From Armatimonadia bacterium (GTDB lineage: Bacteria > Armatimonadota > Zipacnadia > UBA1398), in assembly GCA_014730065.1 (NCBI GenBank), contig WJIW01000254.1:553-64552 (forward strand): a stretch of DNA of 64,000 nt, read 5' to 3'. Position 1 is the stretch's first letter. Every line of letters starts with the position of its first letter. This document shows, piece after piece, positions 19,748-29,502 of the stretch. A program made the position numbers and the translations under genes. Under the pieces are notes generated by a model. That model was given only the letters and a program-made list of their open reading frames with translations, did not search any database and was not told where the DNA came from.

Positions 19748-22144
19748 TCACTCGCCTGGGTTCGCGGCCGGCCGTGGCGGGTCCTGGCTCAGGATGCCCT
19801 GGATCAGCTCCACCATGACCTGGGGCTCGAAGGGCTTCTGGACGAAGGCCGTGGGCCCCTCGCCCCGGAGCTTGCCCTTCACCGTCCGCTCTCCGTAGCC
19901 GCTGCAGAGGATGATCGGCACATCGGGCCTCATGGCCCGGATCCGCTCCATCGCCTCCGAGCCGTCCATCCGCGGCATGCTCAGATCCATCACGATCAGG
20001 TCGAAGGCCTCGGGCCGCTCGTTGACCGCCGCCAGTGCCGCGTCGCCGTCACTGGCGGTGACGACGGTGAACTCATCGGTGGCCTCCAGCCACGTGCTAA
20101 GCACCAAGCGCACGTTGAGCTGGTCGTCCGCCACCAGGACCAGCTTCCGGTCGAGGGCGGTATCGCGCTGGTCCGTATCGGCAGCGGGGGCCGACGGCTC
20201 CTCACTGCACGGCAGGGCTACCCGGACGGTGGTCCCTGCCCCGGGCTCGCTGGTCACCCAGATCCCGCCGCCATGGCCCCGAACGATACCTAGGGTCGCG
20301 GCCAATCCCAGGCCCCGTCCGGTGATGCGGGTGGTGAAAAAGGGATCGAAGATGCGTCCGAGGATCTTCGGGGCGATACCCGATCCCGTGTCGGAGACGT
20401 CCAGAGCGACGCAATGCGTGGGCAGGGGCTCGGGCTGGATCTGGGAACGAGCCCAGTCCGATTCCCTCAGGGTCACCACCGCGGTCCTGACGGTGATACG
20501 GCCGCCTCCCTCTTCGATGGCTTCGGCGGCATTGGTGACCAGGTTCACCACCACCTGACTGAGCTGGCCGGGATCGCCATGGATCAGGGGCAGGCCACTG
20601 GCCGACTCCAGGCGCAGGTCCACCTCGTCGGGCACGATGGACTCCAGCAGGTGCCCCACGCCTTCGACGACTTCGGACACGTCCACGGGCTCCAGAGGCA
20701 CCGTCCCGCCGCCCGAGTACGCGAGCATCTGCTTAGCCAGGTCGCCCGCATCCCTCGCCGCCTCCTGGACGTGCTCCAGGTACGGCCGGACGGGTGACTC
20801 GTCCGACAAACGTGCCAGGGCGAGGGCGGTATTGCCCAGGACACCCATGAGCACGTTGCTGAAGTCGTGGGCCACCCCTGCGGCCATGGACGACAGCCCC
20901 TCCAGCCGCTGGGCCTGAGCCAGCCGAGCCTCGACCCGCCGACGCTCCTCCTCGGCCTCCCGCTCCTCGGTGACATCCCGGAACACCCCGAAGGTGCCCA
21001 CCACCCGGCCCGTGCCATCGAAGTGGGGTGTCACGGTCACCAGGATGCGCCGCAGCTCGCCGTCGGGCCGGAGCAGGTTATGCTCATAGGTGTTGCTCTC
21101 CCCGCGCGCGCGGCGCCCGGTCTGCTCTCGTATGAGCTCGTGCTGGTCCTCGGGGATGTACTCCAGCACACTCGATCCGATCAGGCAGTCTTGGGCCACA
21201 CCGAAGATACGGCATGCCGCGGGATTGGCGTAGGTAACCCGCTCGTCCAGGTCGGTCATCGCCACGCCCTCGCCCGAGTGCTCCACCAGCAGCCGATGCC
21301 GCTTCTCGCTCTCGCGCAGGTTGCGCTCGGCCTTGCGCTGCTCGCTGATGTCGGTGTGGGTGCCCACCATCCGGGTGGGTGTGCCGTCGGCGCTCCACTC
21401 GACGGTCCGGCCCCTGCTGAGCACCCAGACCCAGTGCCCAGCCTTGTGCCTGGCCCTGAACTCCGCTCGGTACCTGGGCGACTCGCCCGCCGCGTGGCGC
21501 CGGTACGCGTCCACCACGGCGTCCCAATCCTCGGGGTGTATCAACATGCGGTACGTCTCCGACTCGGGCCTGAACTCGCCGGTCTCGTACCCCAGCATCT
21601 CATAGCAGCCCTCGCCCCAGACGATCTTCTCAGCGGACACGTCGATATCCCATACCCCATCGCTGGTGGCCTCTAGGGCCAGGCGCAGCCGCTCCTCGGA
21701 CTGGGCGACCCTGGAGCTGGCCTGCTCCGACTCGCTGATGTCCTCCACCATACCCAAGATATGGGGCTCGCCCCCAGGGCAACTGGCCAGGAGAGCGGTG
21801 TAGATCCGTGCACTGAACAGCGAGCCGTCCTTGCGTACCATCTCGATGGGCGTAGTGCGTGTCGGCCCGCCGCGCCGGATACGCTGCAGGCTCTCCAGGA
21901 ATTCGGGCCACAGCTCGTCGGGGGCGGTGGGGTTGGGGCGGCCAAGCACTTCATCGGCCGTCCATCCAAAGAGCTTCTCGGCCGAGGGGCTCCAGAAGGT
22001 AATCCGGCCCTCGGGATCTACGGTGATCACAGCCAGGGGCGACGCTTCGATAATGGACGCCAGCAGGGCGCTGGCACCTTGCGGCTGCTCGTCCAAGGCC
22101 ACGGACGAAGGGGGATGTGCGGGCAGTGCATCATCTTCGGGCAT
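19748..22144 (-). CDS. PAS-domain hybrid sensor histidine kinase / response regulator
   Basis: 798 aa. Multiple PAS/PAC repeats; HisKA (AHDFSNVLMGVLG), HATPase_c (…DTGSGI…GRGLGLA…), C-terminal REC (LVLVADDQLNVR…DLIVMDLSMP). Confidence 0.8.
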   Translation of the reverse strand: MPEDDALPAHPPSSVALDEQPQGASALLASIIEASPLAVITVDPEGRITFWSPSAEKLFGWTADEVLGRPNPTAPDELWPEFLESLQRIRRGGPTRTTPIEMVRKDGSLFSARIYTALLASCPGGEPHILGMVEDISESEQASSRVAQSEERLRLALEATSDGVWDIDVSAEKIVWGEGCYEMLGYETGEFRPESETYRMLIHPEDWDAVVDAYRRHAAGESPRYRAEFRARHKAGHWVWVLSRGRTVEWSADGTPTRMVGTHTDISEQRKAERNLRESEKRHRLLVEHSGEGVAMTDLDERVTYANPAACRIFGVAQDCLIGSSVLEYIPEDQHELIREQTGRRARGESNTYEHNLLRPDGELRRILVTVTPHFDGTGRVVGTFGVFRDVTEEREAEEERRRVEARLAQAQRLEGLSSMAAGVAHDFSNVLMGVLGNTALALARLSDESPVRPYLEHVQEAARDAGDLAKQMLAYSGGGTVPLEPVDVSEVVEGVGHLLESIVPDEVDLRLESASGLPLIHGDPGQLSQVVVNLVTNAAEAIEEGGGRITVRTAVVTLRESDWARSQIQPEPLPTHCVALDVSDTGSGIAPKILGRIFDPFFTTRITGRGLGLAATLGIVRGHGGGIWVTSEPGAGTTVRVALPCSEEPSAPAADTDQRDTALDRKLVLVADDQLNVRLVLSTWLEATDEFTVVTASDGDAALAAVNERPEAFDLIVMDLSMPRMDGSEAMERIRAMRPDVPIILCSGYGERTVKGKLRGEGPTAFVQKPFEPQVMVELIQGILSQDPPRPAANPGE

Positions 22145-22264
22145 CGCGGGTCTCCCTCCGCTGCCCGGCCACCACGATCTATCCAGCCATCCACCTCACG
22201 CGAAGCGTTCGATACACGGATGTTCTCCCTGCGATGCCAGGCCCCTCCGTTGCCCGCGAGCTGC

Positions 22265-25222
22265 TCAGGCCTGTCCCGCCGGGGTCAGCTCGACCAGGCA
22301 CGCGTCCGACGGGCCCAGCCGTAACCGGGGCGACCCGCCCGGACCCGCGGTGACGGCCGCCGGCGGCACGGGCGTATCGCCGACCGTCACGGGGGTGCCT
22401 AGCACCCCTTCGCCTAGGTCGAAGCTCACTTCGGCGCCGGACACGTTGAGAGCCAGCAGGTACCGGGCGCCCTCGGCTGTGGTTAGCACTGTGCCGTGTA
22501 CGGCGGCACCCAGGCCCTGGGCCGGCTCGCTGGCTATCGTCCGGCCGAGGATCGGCGCCACGTCCTGGCAGACCTCCATCCCCAGCCGGCGGCACTCGGC
22601 CCAGAGCTGGGGACTACGCGGCCGGTAGACGAAGTACAGCACACCCCGGGCGCCGTGGATGAAGGACAGGTACGTCATCTCGCTGACCTCCGCCGGCGTC
22701 GGCTCACGAGACCACCACTCGATGGCTCCGAAGGCCTGGATCCACATGAACAGCGGCTTGCGGCCACCCACGATCCGGTTCAGTCGCCGGGTCCACTCGG
22801 CGATGGTCAGGCTGCCTTGGTCGGGGATTGGGTAGTGGTCCACCGAGTACACATCACACGCCGGCTGGGCCCCCTCGGCATACGTGAGAGTCTCCTCCCA
22901 GAAGGTGGCCTCATTGATCCATACGGGATGGTACGGGTCCAGCTCTCGGACCAGGTTCGCCACCGATAGCAGCTTCTCGGGCGTGGCCCGGGGCCCGGGC
23001 TCGTCGACGGTGTGCCAAGCGAGTAATGCGGGGTGATCGCGGAAGGCGGTCACCAGGGTCTCGATGGCCTCCTCATCCAGCGCCGCAGCGTTGTCGCGCA
23101 GCTTCATGGGCAGGTGGAAGATCACCCGCAGCCCTCGGCTCCATGCGGCGTCGAGGAAGGAGCGCCATGCCGCCAGAGCCTCCTCTGGCACCTGGCCCGT
23201 GGCATAGATGATCCCCGTAGGCTCATGCCATCGCTTGAGCATCACGGTGTTGAAGTGGCCGCCCTCGACGGCGGGAAGGTTCTCCTCCACCAGCCACCCC
23301 GGTGACATCACAATGAAGGGCTCGCCGTCGACGACCAGGCAGCGATGCAGGTAGTCCACCTTCACCTCGTTGCGTCGCGGCTCCCTCACCACCAGCTTGG
23401 CCCGGCCCAGCTCCCGCTCGCCGGCAAGCGCCCGGTGCCACTCCACCTCTTCCTCCCCCTTGGCAAAGGGCACTGGGATCACGGCCAACCCGCCGGAGAC
23501 AGGGCGCCCGTCTCCGGTGCCGCCACCGTCGGTGGCCACCCGCACCTCCTCGATGGAGGGATCGTGAACGCGCACCACCAAGCGGGCCTCGTCCTCTACG
23601 GTGTAGTAACTCCGCTCGAAGAACACCTCGGCTCGGGGAGGAACGGTCAGGTGCCGAAGCCGACCCAGGCCCACCATCTCGCCCGTGTCCGCGCGCGCCA
23701 CCGCCACCGACAAGTCCAGCGGCGCGAAGGACTCCGTCTCGGGTATTGCGACACGGAACCGCCCGCCTTCGACGGACGCGATAGCCGGGGTCTGGTCGTC
23801 CCCCAGGACCTGAACGGTCACGCGCAGCTCCGCGTCGCGCCACCGCTCGGGAGTATCGATCTCGCCCTCCAGGAAGACGCCTTCCCCGCCGTGCACCAAC
23901 CTGCCCCGGAGGGGCGGCAGAGCATGATTGGCGAGTACTCGGGGATCTAGTCCGATCAGCTCCACGAACACCTCGGGCCGGTGCAGCGTCTCCCCCGAGC
24001 GCGAGTGGCAGGACCACTCGCCCGATGCCGCCCGGTACCGAGCCAGGTTCATCCGTAGCGCCTCGGGCGCCGGGGTGGCGATGCCCAGCTCGGCGAAGGG
24101 AATGCGCATCTCCGCCGACCACCCGCCCTCGGCCCCGGCGGCGGCCGCGACCATCCCGGTATCGAAGCGGTTCCCGCGGCCAATCGAGCCATAGATGCGG
24201 CCCGACACATCGGCGGCGTAGTGGCGGTAGCCCCAGCCACTGTCCTCGGCGGAGACGAACACTTCCACGTGGTCGGAGGTGAACAAGCTGGCCGACTCGG
24301 TGGGATCCAGTCCCTCCTGGCAGAAGAAGCCCACGTACAGGGCCTCTTCGTCGAACAGTACCTTCGCCCGAGTCAGGGCCTCGGCGGGCTCGCCGAGCTC
24401 CATCTCCACGAAGCTCTCCACCCCGGGGGCGTCGACCCATGCTTGCTCATCCAGCTCCCCATCGATGGTGATGCCACCCAGGGCGCGCCGAGTGGCCAGG
24501 TCGGCGCCCGAGGGGTCGTCGGGTGGTAGCCCGTCGTTGGGCCTGGGCCCGTAAGGCGTGGCCTCATCGCCCATCTCGAGCTGAAGTCCATCGATCCACA
24601 GGCTGCCCACAGCATCGGCGATGACGGCCACCCGGTTCCGGACACCCGAGCCCGAACGCAGCTCCGGTGAGGCGAACACGAACCTCTCCCACTCGGTACC
24701 CACCTCGATCACGGTGATGGCCGAGTTGTGGTCCACCTCCACACCCTCTGCCGCCGTATCGCCTCGGAACCCCCCATAGACGGCCAGGCGAACGGGATAC
24801 TCCTTCCGGTCAGCTTTCAGGTACACCGAGAACACACAGCCCTGGGCATCGCTCGGGAGCGTCATGTAGGGGTAGTCCAGGGCCGCCCGGTTGCCCTCTC
24901 GGCTGTTGGTCAGGCGGACGCTTCGGGCGTGGAACCGCGCCTGCTCCTCCTCGAGAGCGTACTCCACGCCGATGTTGGCCGATCGGAAGTCGCTCCATGC
25001 TTCCCCCGGGCGCCACCAATCGGGGATACCCGGCGCCGTGGCGAACTCCAGCGACGAATTGCGCAGCAGGTTGGCCGGGTTGGGCTCCGGCACCTCGGCC
25101 CAGAACTCCGGTGGAGCGGGCGGTGGAGGAGGCTCCGGTGGCGCGGGCGGCCGGGTCCAATCGCCATTGGACGGGATCATGGCCAGCCCAGCCACGCATG
25201 CCAGCAACGCGGTCGACGCCAT
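22265..25222 (-). CDS. Secreted multidomain glycoside-hydrolase-like protein (CBM9-like domain + TIM-barrel GH-like domain)
   Basis: Track ORF 22265..25291; start likely MASTALLACVAGLAMIP (signal). Pro-rich linker, CBM9-like motif DGELDEQAWVDAPGVESF…EALYVGFFCQE, C-terminal TIM-barrel GH-like region (…HTVDEPGP…VWINEATFWEE…DVYSVDHYPIP). Confidence 0.5.
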   Translation of the reverse strand: MASTALLACVAGLAMIPSNGDWTRPPAPPEPPPPPAPPEFWAEVPEPNPANLLRNSSLEFATAPGIPDWWRPGEAWSDFRSANIGVEYALEEEQARFHARSVRLTNSREGNRAALDYPYMTLPSDAQGCVFSVYLKADRKEYPVRLAVYGGFRGDTAAEGVEVDHNSAITVIEVGTEWERFVFASPELRSGSGVRNRVAVIADAVGSLWIDGLQLEMGDEATPYGPRPNDGLPPDDPSGADLATRRALGGITIDGELDEQAWVDAPGVESFVEMELGEPAEALTRAKVLFDEEALYVGFFCQEGLDPTESASLFTSDHVEVFVSAEDSGWGYRHYAADVSGRIYGSIGRGNRFDTGMVAAAAGAEGGWSAEMRIPFAELGIATPAPEALRMNLARYRAASGEWSCHSRSGETLHRPEVFVELIGLDPRVLANHALPPLRGRLVHGGEGVFLEGEIDTPERWRDAELRVTVQVLGDDQTPAIASVEGGRFRVAIPETESFAPLDLSVAVARADTGEMVGLGRLRHLTVPPRAEVFFERSYYTVEDEARLVVRVHDPSIEEVRVATDGGGTGDGRPVSGGLAVIPVPFAKGEEEVEWHRALAGERELGRAKLVVREPRRNEVKVDYLHRCLVVDGEPFIVMSPGWLVEENLPAVEGGHFNTVMLKRWHEPTGIIYATGQVPEEALAAWRSFLDAAWSRGLRVIFHLPMKLRDNAAALDEEAIETLVTAFRDHPALLAWHTVDEPGPRATPEKLLSVANLVRELDPYHPVWINEATFWEETLTYAEGAQPACDVYSVDHYPIPDQGSLTIAEWTRRLNRIVGGRKPLFMWIQAFGAIEWWSREPTPAEVSEMTYLSFIHGARGVLYFVYRPRSPQLWAECRRLGMEVCQDVAPILGRTIASEPAQGLGAAVHGTVLTTAEGARYLLALNVSGAEVSFDLGEGVLGTPVTVGDTPVPPAAVTAGPGGSPRLRLGPSDACLVELTPAGQA

Positions 25223-25345
25223 GAGCCGGGTCAGGCACGATGCCCAGGTCCAGTGGCGGATGTGCAGGTTTTGGCGGGTGTCTCTATACACAGCTATGCA
25301 GTATACGCAGTCCCTGGGCTTCGCGGAAGCTCGTCGCCATGGCCG

Positions 25346-27295
25346 TCACTGCTCCAACAGCAGCAGCGCCTGGCCATCGGCCACATAGACCAGGCTCGAG
25401 TCCACGACCACATCGCCGGCCCGGCCAGGGGTGTCCATGAACACATAGGGACGTGGCGAGGTGGGCTCATCGAGCGCCACGAGCCTTAGCCCCGCCGATC
25501 CCGCGGCCACGTACGCCGCACCCGAGAACATGTCGGCACCCAGCGCGGGACCGGGCAGGGCCGCGGTCCCCAGCACCTTGGGCTGACTCGGATCGGAGAC
25601 ATCCACGACCACCAGGCCCGTCTCGGCCGATGGGAGCTGCAGGAAGTCGCCGATTCGGCGCATGTCCACGGGGGTGGCCGGCAGATCGAGGGTCGATTCC
25701 ACGGACAGGCTCCCGTCCTCGGACACCAGTACGGTCACCAATGCCGGCTGGCTCTGATCGACCACCAGCAGTCGCTGTCGGCCATCGGCGATGAGGTCCG
25801 CCGAGGCTCCCCCGAGATCCAGGGTCGACAGGAGCTCGGGTGCCGAGGGATCCTCCACGTGGTAAGTGGCCACCCCGCTCGTACCCAGCGCGACGGCCGC
25901 GACCTGGCCGAGTAGAGCCACGTCCCGTAGCCCCGGCAATGAAACAGCGCTCGCCGCCGCGGGCGGCGCCTCGGCTCCCTCGCCCATGGGCACAACCAGG
26001 AGCGATTCGTCGCCCTCGCCGTCGCCGCCCCGGTCGGCCACAACGCACAGGTCCTCGCTCAGGCTCAGGCGCGGAGCGCCGCCGACCGTCTCGATGATGT
26101 CCACCAAGAAGGGCTGCTTGCCCACCGAGGCATCGACGATGGCCGCCCCTTGGTCCGTCGACACGACAACGATCCTATCCACACTCTCCACCTGAACGAT
26201 GCCCGTGGGGCCGCCGAAGGCGAACTCGACGTCGGGTGCGGCGGGATCGGTCACATCGAGGGAGTACAGCCCGCCCCTATCGGCCGCCACCAGGACCCGA
26301 TCGCCGTCCACCCCCACCGATCGAGCCGCGCCATCGTAGTAGGCCACTTCGGCGGGACTGCTGGGCTCGGCCACGGAGACCAGCCGGAGCCCCTGGCTCT
26401 CGGCGCCCAACTCGGTGACGTAGAGGGTGTCGCCATCGAGAGCCACGCGCGCGGCGCCGGGTAGCTCCAGCCGTGCCAGCTCCTGCACCAGGGCGGGCAC
26501 GGCGGCATTGACCGACACCACGCCTAGCCCCTCGGCGACGGCATGAACCACGGCCCCGTCGATGGCCAGGTCCAGGATCCGGATCCCCTCGGCCAGACCG
26601 TACTCGCCCAGCGACTCAGGCCGGCTGCCGCTGAGGTCCACTACGACGAGCGATCCGTCATCGGTGCCCAGATAGGCTCGGTCCCCCGCTTGCGAGAGGG
26701 CGATGCACCGCACGTCCCGCCGCTGGAACTGGCCGATGGTCCGCAGCACTCGCGGGTCGGACGCGTCGATGATACGGAATCCGAAGTCGGGGTCGAGCAG
26801 GTAGACCAGCCGCTCCCGCACGGCCACATCCGCCGCGCCGATGTTGCCGCTGCTGATCGAGTTGGCCAGACCCGGGCTCTCGGGGTCCTGGACCGAGTAG
26901 ATGGCCAGGCCCCGGCCATCGGTGGCCACATAGGCGTAGGGGTGGTCGAAAGACATGCGCGGCTCGGGCCCGATGACGCCATCGACCCGCGCGGCCGGAA
27001 CCCAGCCCTCGTCATCGGTGCGCTCGAAGACACCGAAGCCATGGCGGCAGACGGCGTAGGCGTAGTCCTGGTCGCCGGCGACCTCGAGGACGCCGCTCCA
27101 GAGGAGGGACGACGTGGGCGTGGGGAGCCCGGGCAGGAGGGCGCCCGTGCCGCCCCCACCCCCGCCACCGGTACCGTCGCCCGGGCCGGGGTCGGCGCCG
27201 GGCTCCGAAGGGCCACCGGGCGCGCACCCGAGGGCAAGGGCCATAAGGATGAGCGAGGTCGCCGTCAGGGCGGCGATGGAAGCTCGGGGTCTCAC
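25346..27295 (-). CDS. LVIVD-repeat beta-propeller lipoprotein
   Basis: 649 aa. Lipobox LALGC; Gly-rich linker; ~8 repeats of the AxxVAVxGxxAYVAxxxxGLxIxDVSDPxxP type (LVIVD repeat). Confidence 0.7.
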   Translation of the reverse strand: MRPRASIAALTATSLILMALALGCAPGGPSEPGADPGPGDGTGGGGGGGTGALLPGLPTPTSSLLWSGVLEVAGDQDYAYAVCRHGFGVFERTDDEGWVPAARVDGVIGPEPRMSFDHPYAYVATDGRGLAIYSVQDPESPGLANSISSGNIGAADVAVRERLVYLLDPDFGFRIIDASDPRVLRTIGQFQRRDVRCIALSQAGDRAYLGTDDGSLVVVDLSGSRPESLGEYGLAEGIRILDLAIDGAVVHAVAEGLGVVSVNAAVPALVQELARLELPGAARVALDGDTLYVTELGAESQGLRLVSVAEPSSPAEVAYYDGAARSVGVDGDRVLVAADRGGLYSLDVTDPAAPDVEFAFGGPTGIVQVESVDRIVVVSTDQGAAIVDASVGKQPFLVDIIETVGGAPRLSLSEDLCVVADRGGDGEGDESLLVVPMGEGAEAPPAAASAVSLPGLRDVALLGQVAAVALGTSGVATYHVEDPSAPELLSTLDLGGASADLIADGRQRLLVVDQSQPALVTVLVSEDGSLSVESTLDLPATPVDMRRIGDFLQLPSAETGLVVVDVSDPSQPKVLGTAALPGPALGADMFSGAAYVAAGSAGLRLVALDEPTSPRPYVFMDTPGRAGDVVVDSSLVYVADGQALLLLEQ

Positions 27296-27298
27296 GGT

Positions 27299-28465
27299 CT
27301 ACCAGCTTTCGAGGAGCCGGCGGATCCGGTCTAGCGCTTCCTGGATCCGCTCGGTCTTCTGAGTATACGCCAGGCGCAGGAAACCCTCGCCGCGCTCGCC
27401 GAAATCGAGACCGGGCGCCACGGCCACCTTGGCCTCGGCCAAGATCCGCCGTGTAACCGCCAGGGAGTGAGGTCCCAGATGGCTCGCATCGGCGAAGAGG
27501 TAGAAGGCCCCCTCGGGCTCGCGGGCCACGCCGAGGCCGAGGTCGCGCGCGCCGTCGATCATGGCCCGCCGGCGGGTGCCCAGCTCGACCACCATCTTGG
27601 ATACATGGTCCTGCACATCGTCGCGCAGTGCCGCCAGGCCGGCATGCTGCACGAACTCGGCGGCGGAGATGAACAGATTCTGCTGGAGCGCTTGCAGGGG
27701 CTTCATCAGCCGCCGCGGCGCGACCACATAGCCCAGCCGCCAGCCCGTCATGCAGTACCGCTTCGAGAAGCCGTCCAGCAGCACCGTGTCCTCCCGGAAC
27801 CGCATCATGGACGACGACTGGCCGCCGTATTCGATGCCCCGGTAGATCTCGTCGGAGACGATGGTCAGGTCCAGGTCGGCCAGGGCGGCCAGGTTGTCAT
27901 CGGAGAGCACCGCACCCATCGGGTTGGCCGGGGAGTTGATCAGTAGGGCTTTGGTTCGCGGAGTCATGGCGGCGCGCACCCGGCCGGGGTCGATAGCATA
28001 GCCGTCCTCGGGATCCACCGGCACGTACACCGGCTCCACCGAGAGCGTCTTCAGGAAGTTGGGATAGCACGCATAGTGGGGGTCGGTGAGGATCACCTGG
28101 TCGCCCGGATCGCACAGGGCGGCGAAGGTGATCAGCATGGCCGATGAGGTGCCCGAGGTGACCACGATCTGGCCCGGATCGACGGCCACGCCCGAGTCCC
28201 GGAGGGTCCGCTCGGCGATGGCCTCCCGCAGGGGTAGGATGCCCAGGCTGTGGGTGTAGTGGGTGAGGCCGTCGCGCAGGGCCCGGGTGCCGGCATCGAC
28301 GACGGGCTCGGGGGTCGGGAAGTCGGGCTCACCCACCTCCAGATGGATGACGTCGTCGCCCGCCCTCTCCAGCTCCTGGGCTCCCTCGAGCACCTCCATC
28401 ACATAGAAGGGCGGGATGCCCTGGCATCGCGATGACACCCTTGCAGCACCTCTCTCGTCGCCCAA
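27299..28465 (-). CDS. Pyridoxal-phosphate-dependent aminotransferase class I/II (aspartate aminotransferase-like)
   Basis: 388 aa. Typical fold-type I layout; PLP-lysine context LDGFSKRYCMTGWRLGY; NSPANPMG motif. Confidence 0.85.
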   Translation of the reverse strand: MGDERGAARVSSRCQGIPPFYVMEVLEGAQELERAGDDVIHLEVGEPDFPTPEPVVDAGTRALRDGLTHYTHSLGILPLREAIAERTLRDSGVAVDPGQIVVTSGTSSAMLITFAALCDPGDQVILTDPHYACYPNFLKTLSVEPVYVPVDPEDGYAIDPGRVRAAMTPRTKALLINSPANPMGAVLSDDNLAALADLDLTIVSDEIYRGIEYGGQSSSMMRFREDTVLLDGFSKRYCMTGWRLGYVVAPRRLMKPLQALQQNLFISAAEFVQHAGLAALRDDVQDHVSKMVVELGTRRRAMIDGARDLGLGVAREPEGAFYLFADASHLGPHSLAVTRRILAEAKVAVAPGLDFGERGEGFLRLAYTQKTERIQEALDRIRRLLESW

Positions 28466-28473
28466 GCCAGCGC

Positions 28474-29394
28474 CTACTGCTTGGTCAGTCGAACGGCGTC
28501 GTCCCCCGGCGGCATCAGAACGAGCGTGCGGTCGCCGTCCTCGAACCGGTAGCCCAGCACCTCATCGTTCGATTCATCGCCCATACGCATCGCTAGGTGC
28601 AACTGGCCACCCGACGGGCGCCAATCGATGTCGATGCTCATGTCGGCATCGGGACCGCCAATGGGGCGGAGCTGGCCCGTGCCGCCGGGGTTGAAGACGA
28701 TCTCCAAGGTCTGGCCGTCGCTAGTGCCCCGCCACCGGCCGTGGAACTTCGCCTCCTCCGAACCGCCCGAGGACTCCGGCTCACCGGTCTCGGGGTCCGG
28801 CTCCGGTTCGTCCGACCGGTCCGTCCGGGCGCCGGCATCCTCCGGCCGCCCCTCGCCCAGCTCCACCACGTACTCCCGGCCGTCCTTGCTGAGCACGGCG
28901 CCCTTAAGGGTGGCCATGTCGACTCGGTACCCGAAGGCCGTCTCCCCCACCGCCACCCATCGGCGCTGACCCGACTCCCGGTGGACCACCAGAACCCTCA
29001 TGCGGCTGCCCGAGCCGACCACCGCTGCCACGTACACCTGGAGAGGCTCGACCACCGTCACGTCTGGAGTGGCGGGAGCGGAAGTCGGCGGCTGCGATGG
29101 CGGCTCCCCCGGAGGCTCAGGACCGGGGGTGTGGGGAGGGGCGGGAGTCGGCTCAGGGCGCGCCACCGGACGGACCGCTGGCTCCGAGTCCTCGGGGCTC
29201 GACGTCCCCACGAATGCCCCTGGATCGGCGATGGCCCCACCGGCCCGCAGCTTGCCCGATGCCGCCACTTCATCGGCGACACGGGGGGCGGCTCGCGGCG
29301 GGGTCTCCGATGCGGGCTCCCGCTGGCCGCAGCCGAGAGCGCCGAGAGCGAGAGCCACTGCGAGGATCACCATCGAATGCGGCAAGCGGAGCAT
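28474..29394 (-). CDS. Hypothetical lipoprotein (306 aa) with Pro-rich linker
   Basis: Track ORF 28474..29826 trimmed to MLRLPHSMVILAVALALGALGCGQ (lipobox LGALGC; GAGGAAGTGA RBS). Pro/Glu-rich low-complexity segment then a beta-rich C-terminal domain; no family recognised. Confidence 0.5.
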   Translation of the reverse strand: MLRLPHSMVILAVALALGALGCGQREPASETPPRAAPRVADEVAASGKLRAGGAIADPGAFVGTSSPEDSEPAVRPVARPEPTPAPPHTPGPEPPGEPPSQPPTSAPATPDVTVVEPLQVYVAAVVGSGSRMRVLVVHRESGQRRWVAVGETAFGYRVDMATLKGAVLSKDGREYVVELGEGRPEDAGARTDRSDEPEPDPETGEPESSGGSEEAKFHGRWRGTSDGQTLEIVFNPGGTGQLRPIGGPDADMSIDIDWRPSGGQLHLAMRMGDESNDEVLGYRFEDGDRTLVLMPPGDDAVRLTKQ

Positions 29395-29502
29395 CTCATC
29401 ACTTCCTCGCGTCGCGGGCGCGCCTGGTAACAGGCATCCGCCCTTCCATGGACGAACATTCGCCCGCCGTGGACAAGCCCCTCGGCCCGGAGGTGTTTTG
29501 AC

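Noticed and set aside
18827-20293. 488-aa plus-strand ORF antisense to sulfatase and kinase genes
   Set aside because: Antisense, low complexity, crosses a gene boundary on the other strand.
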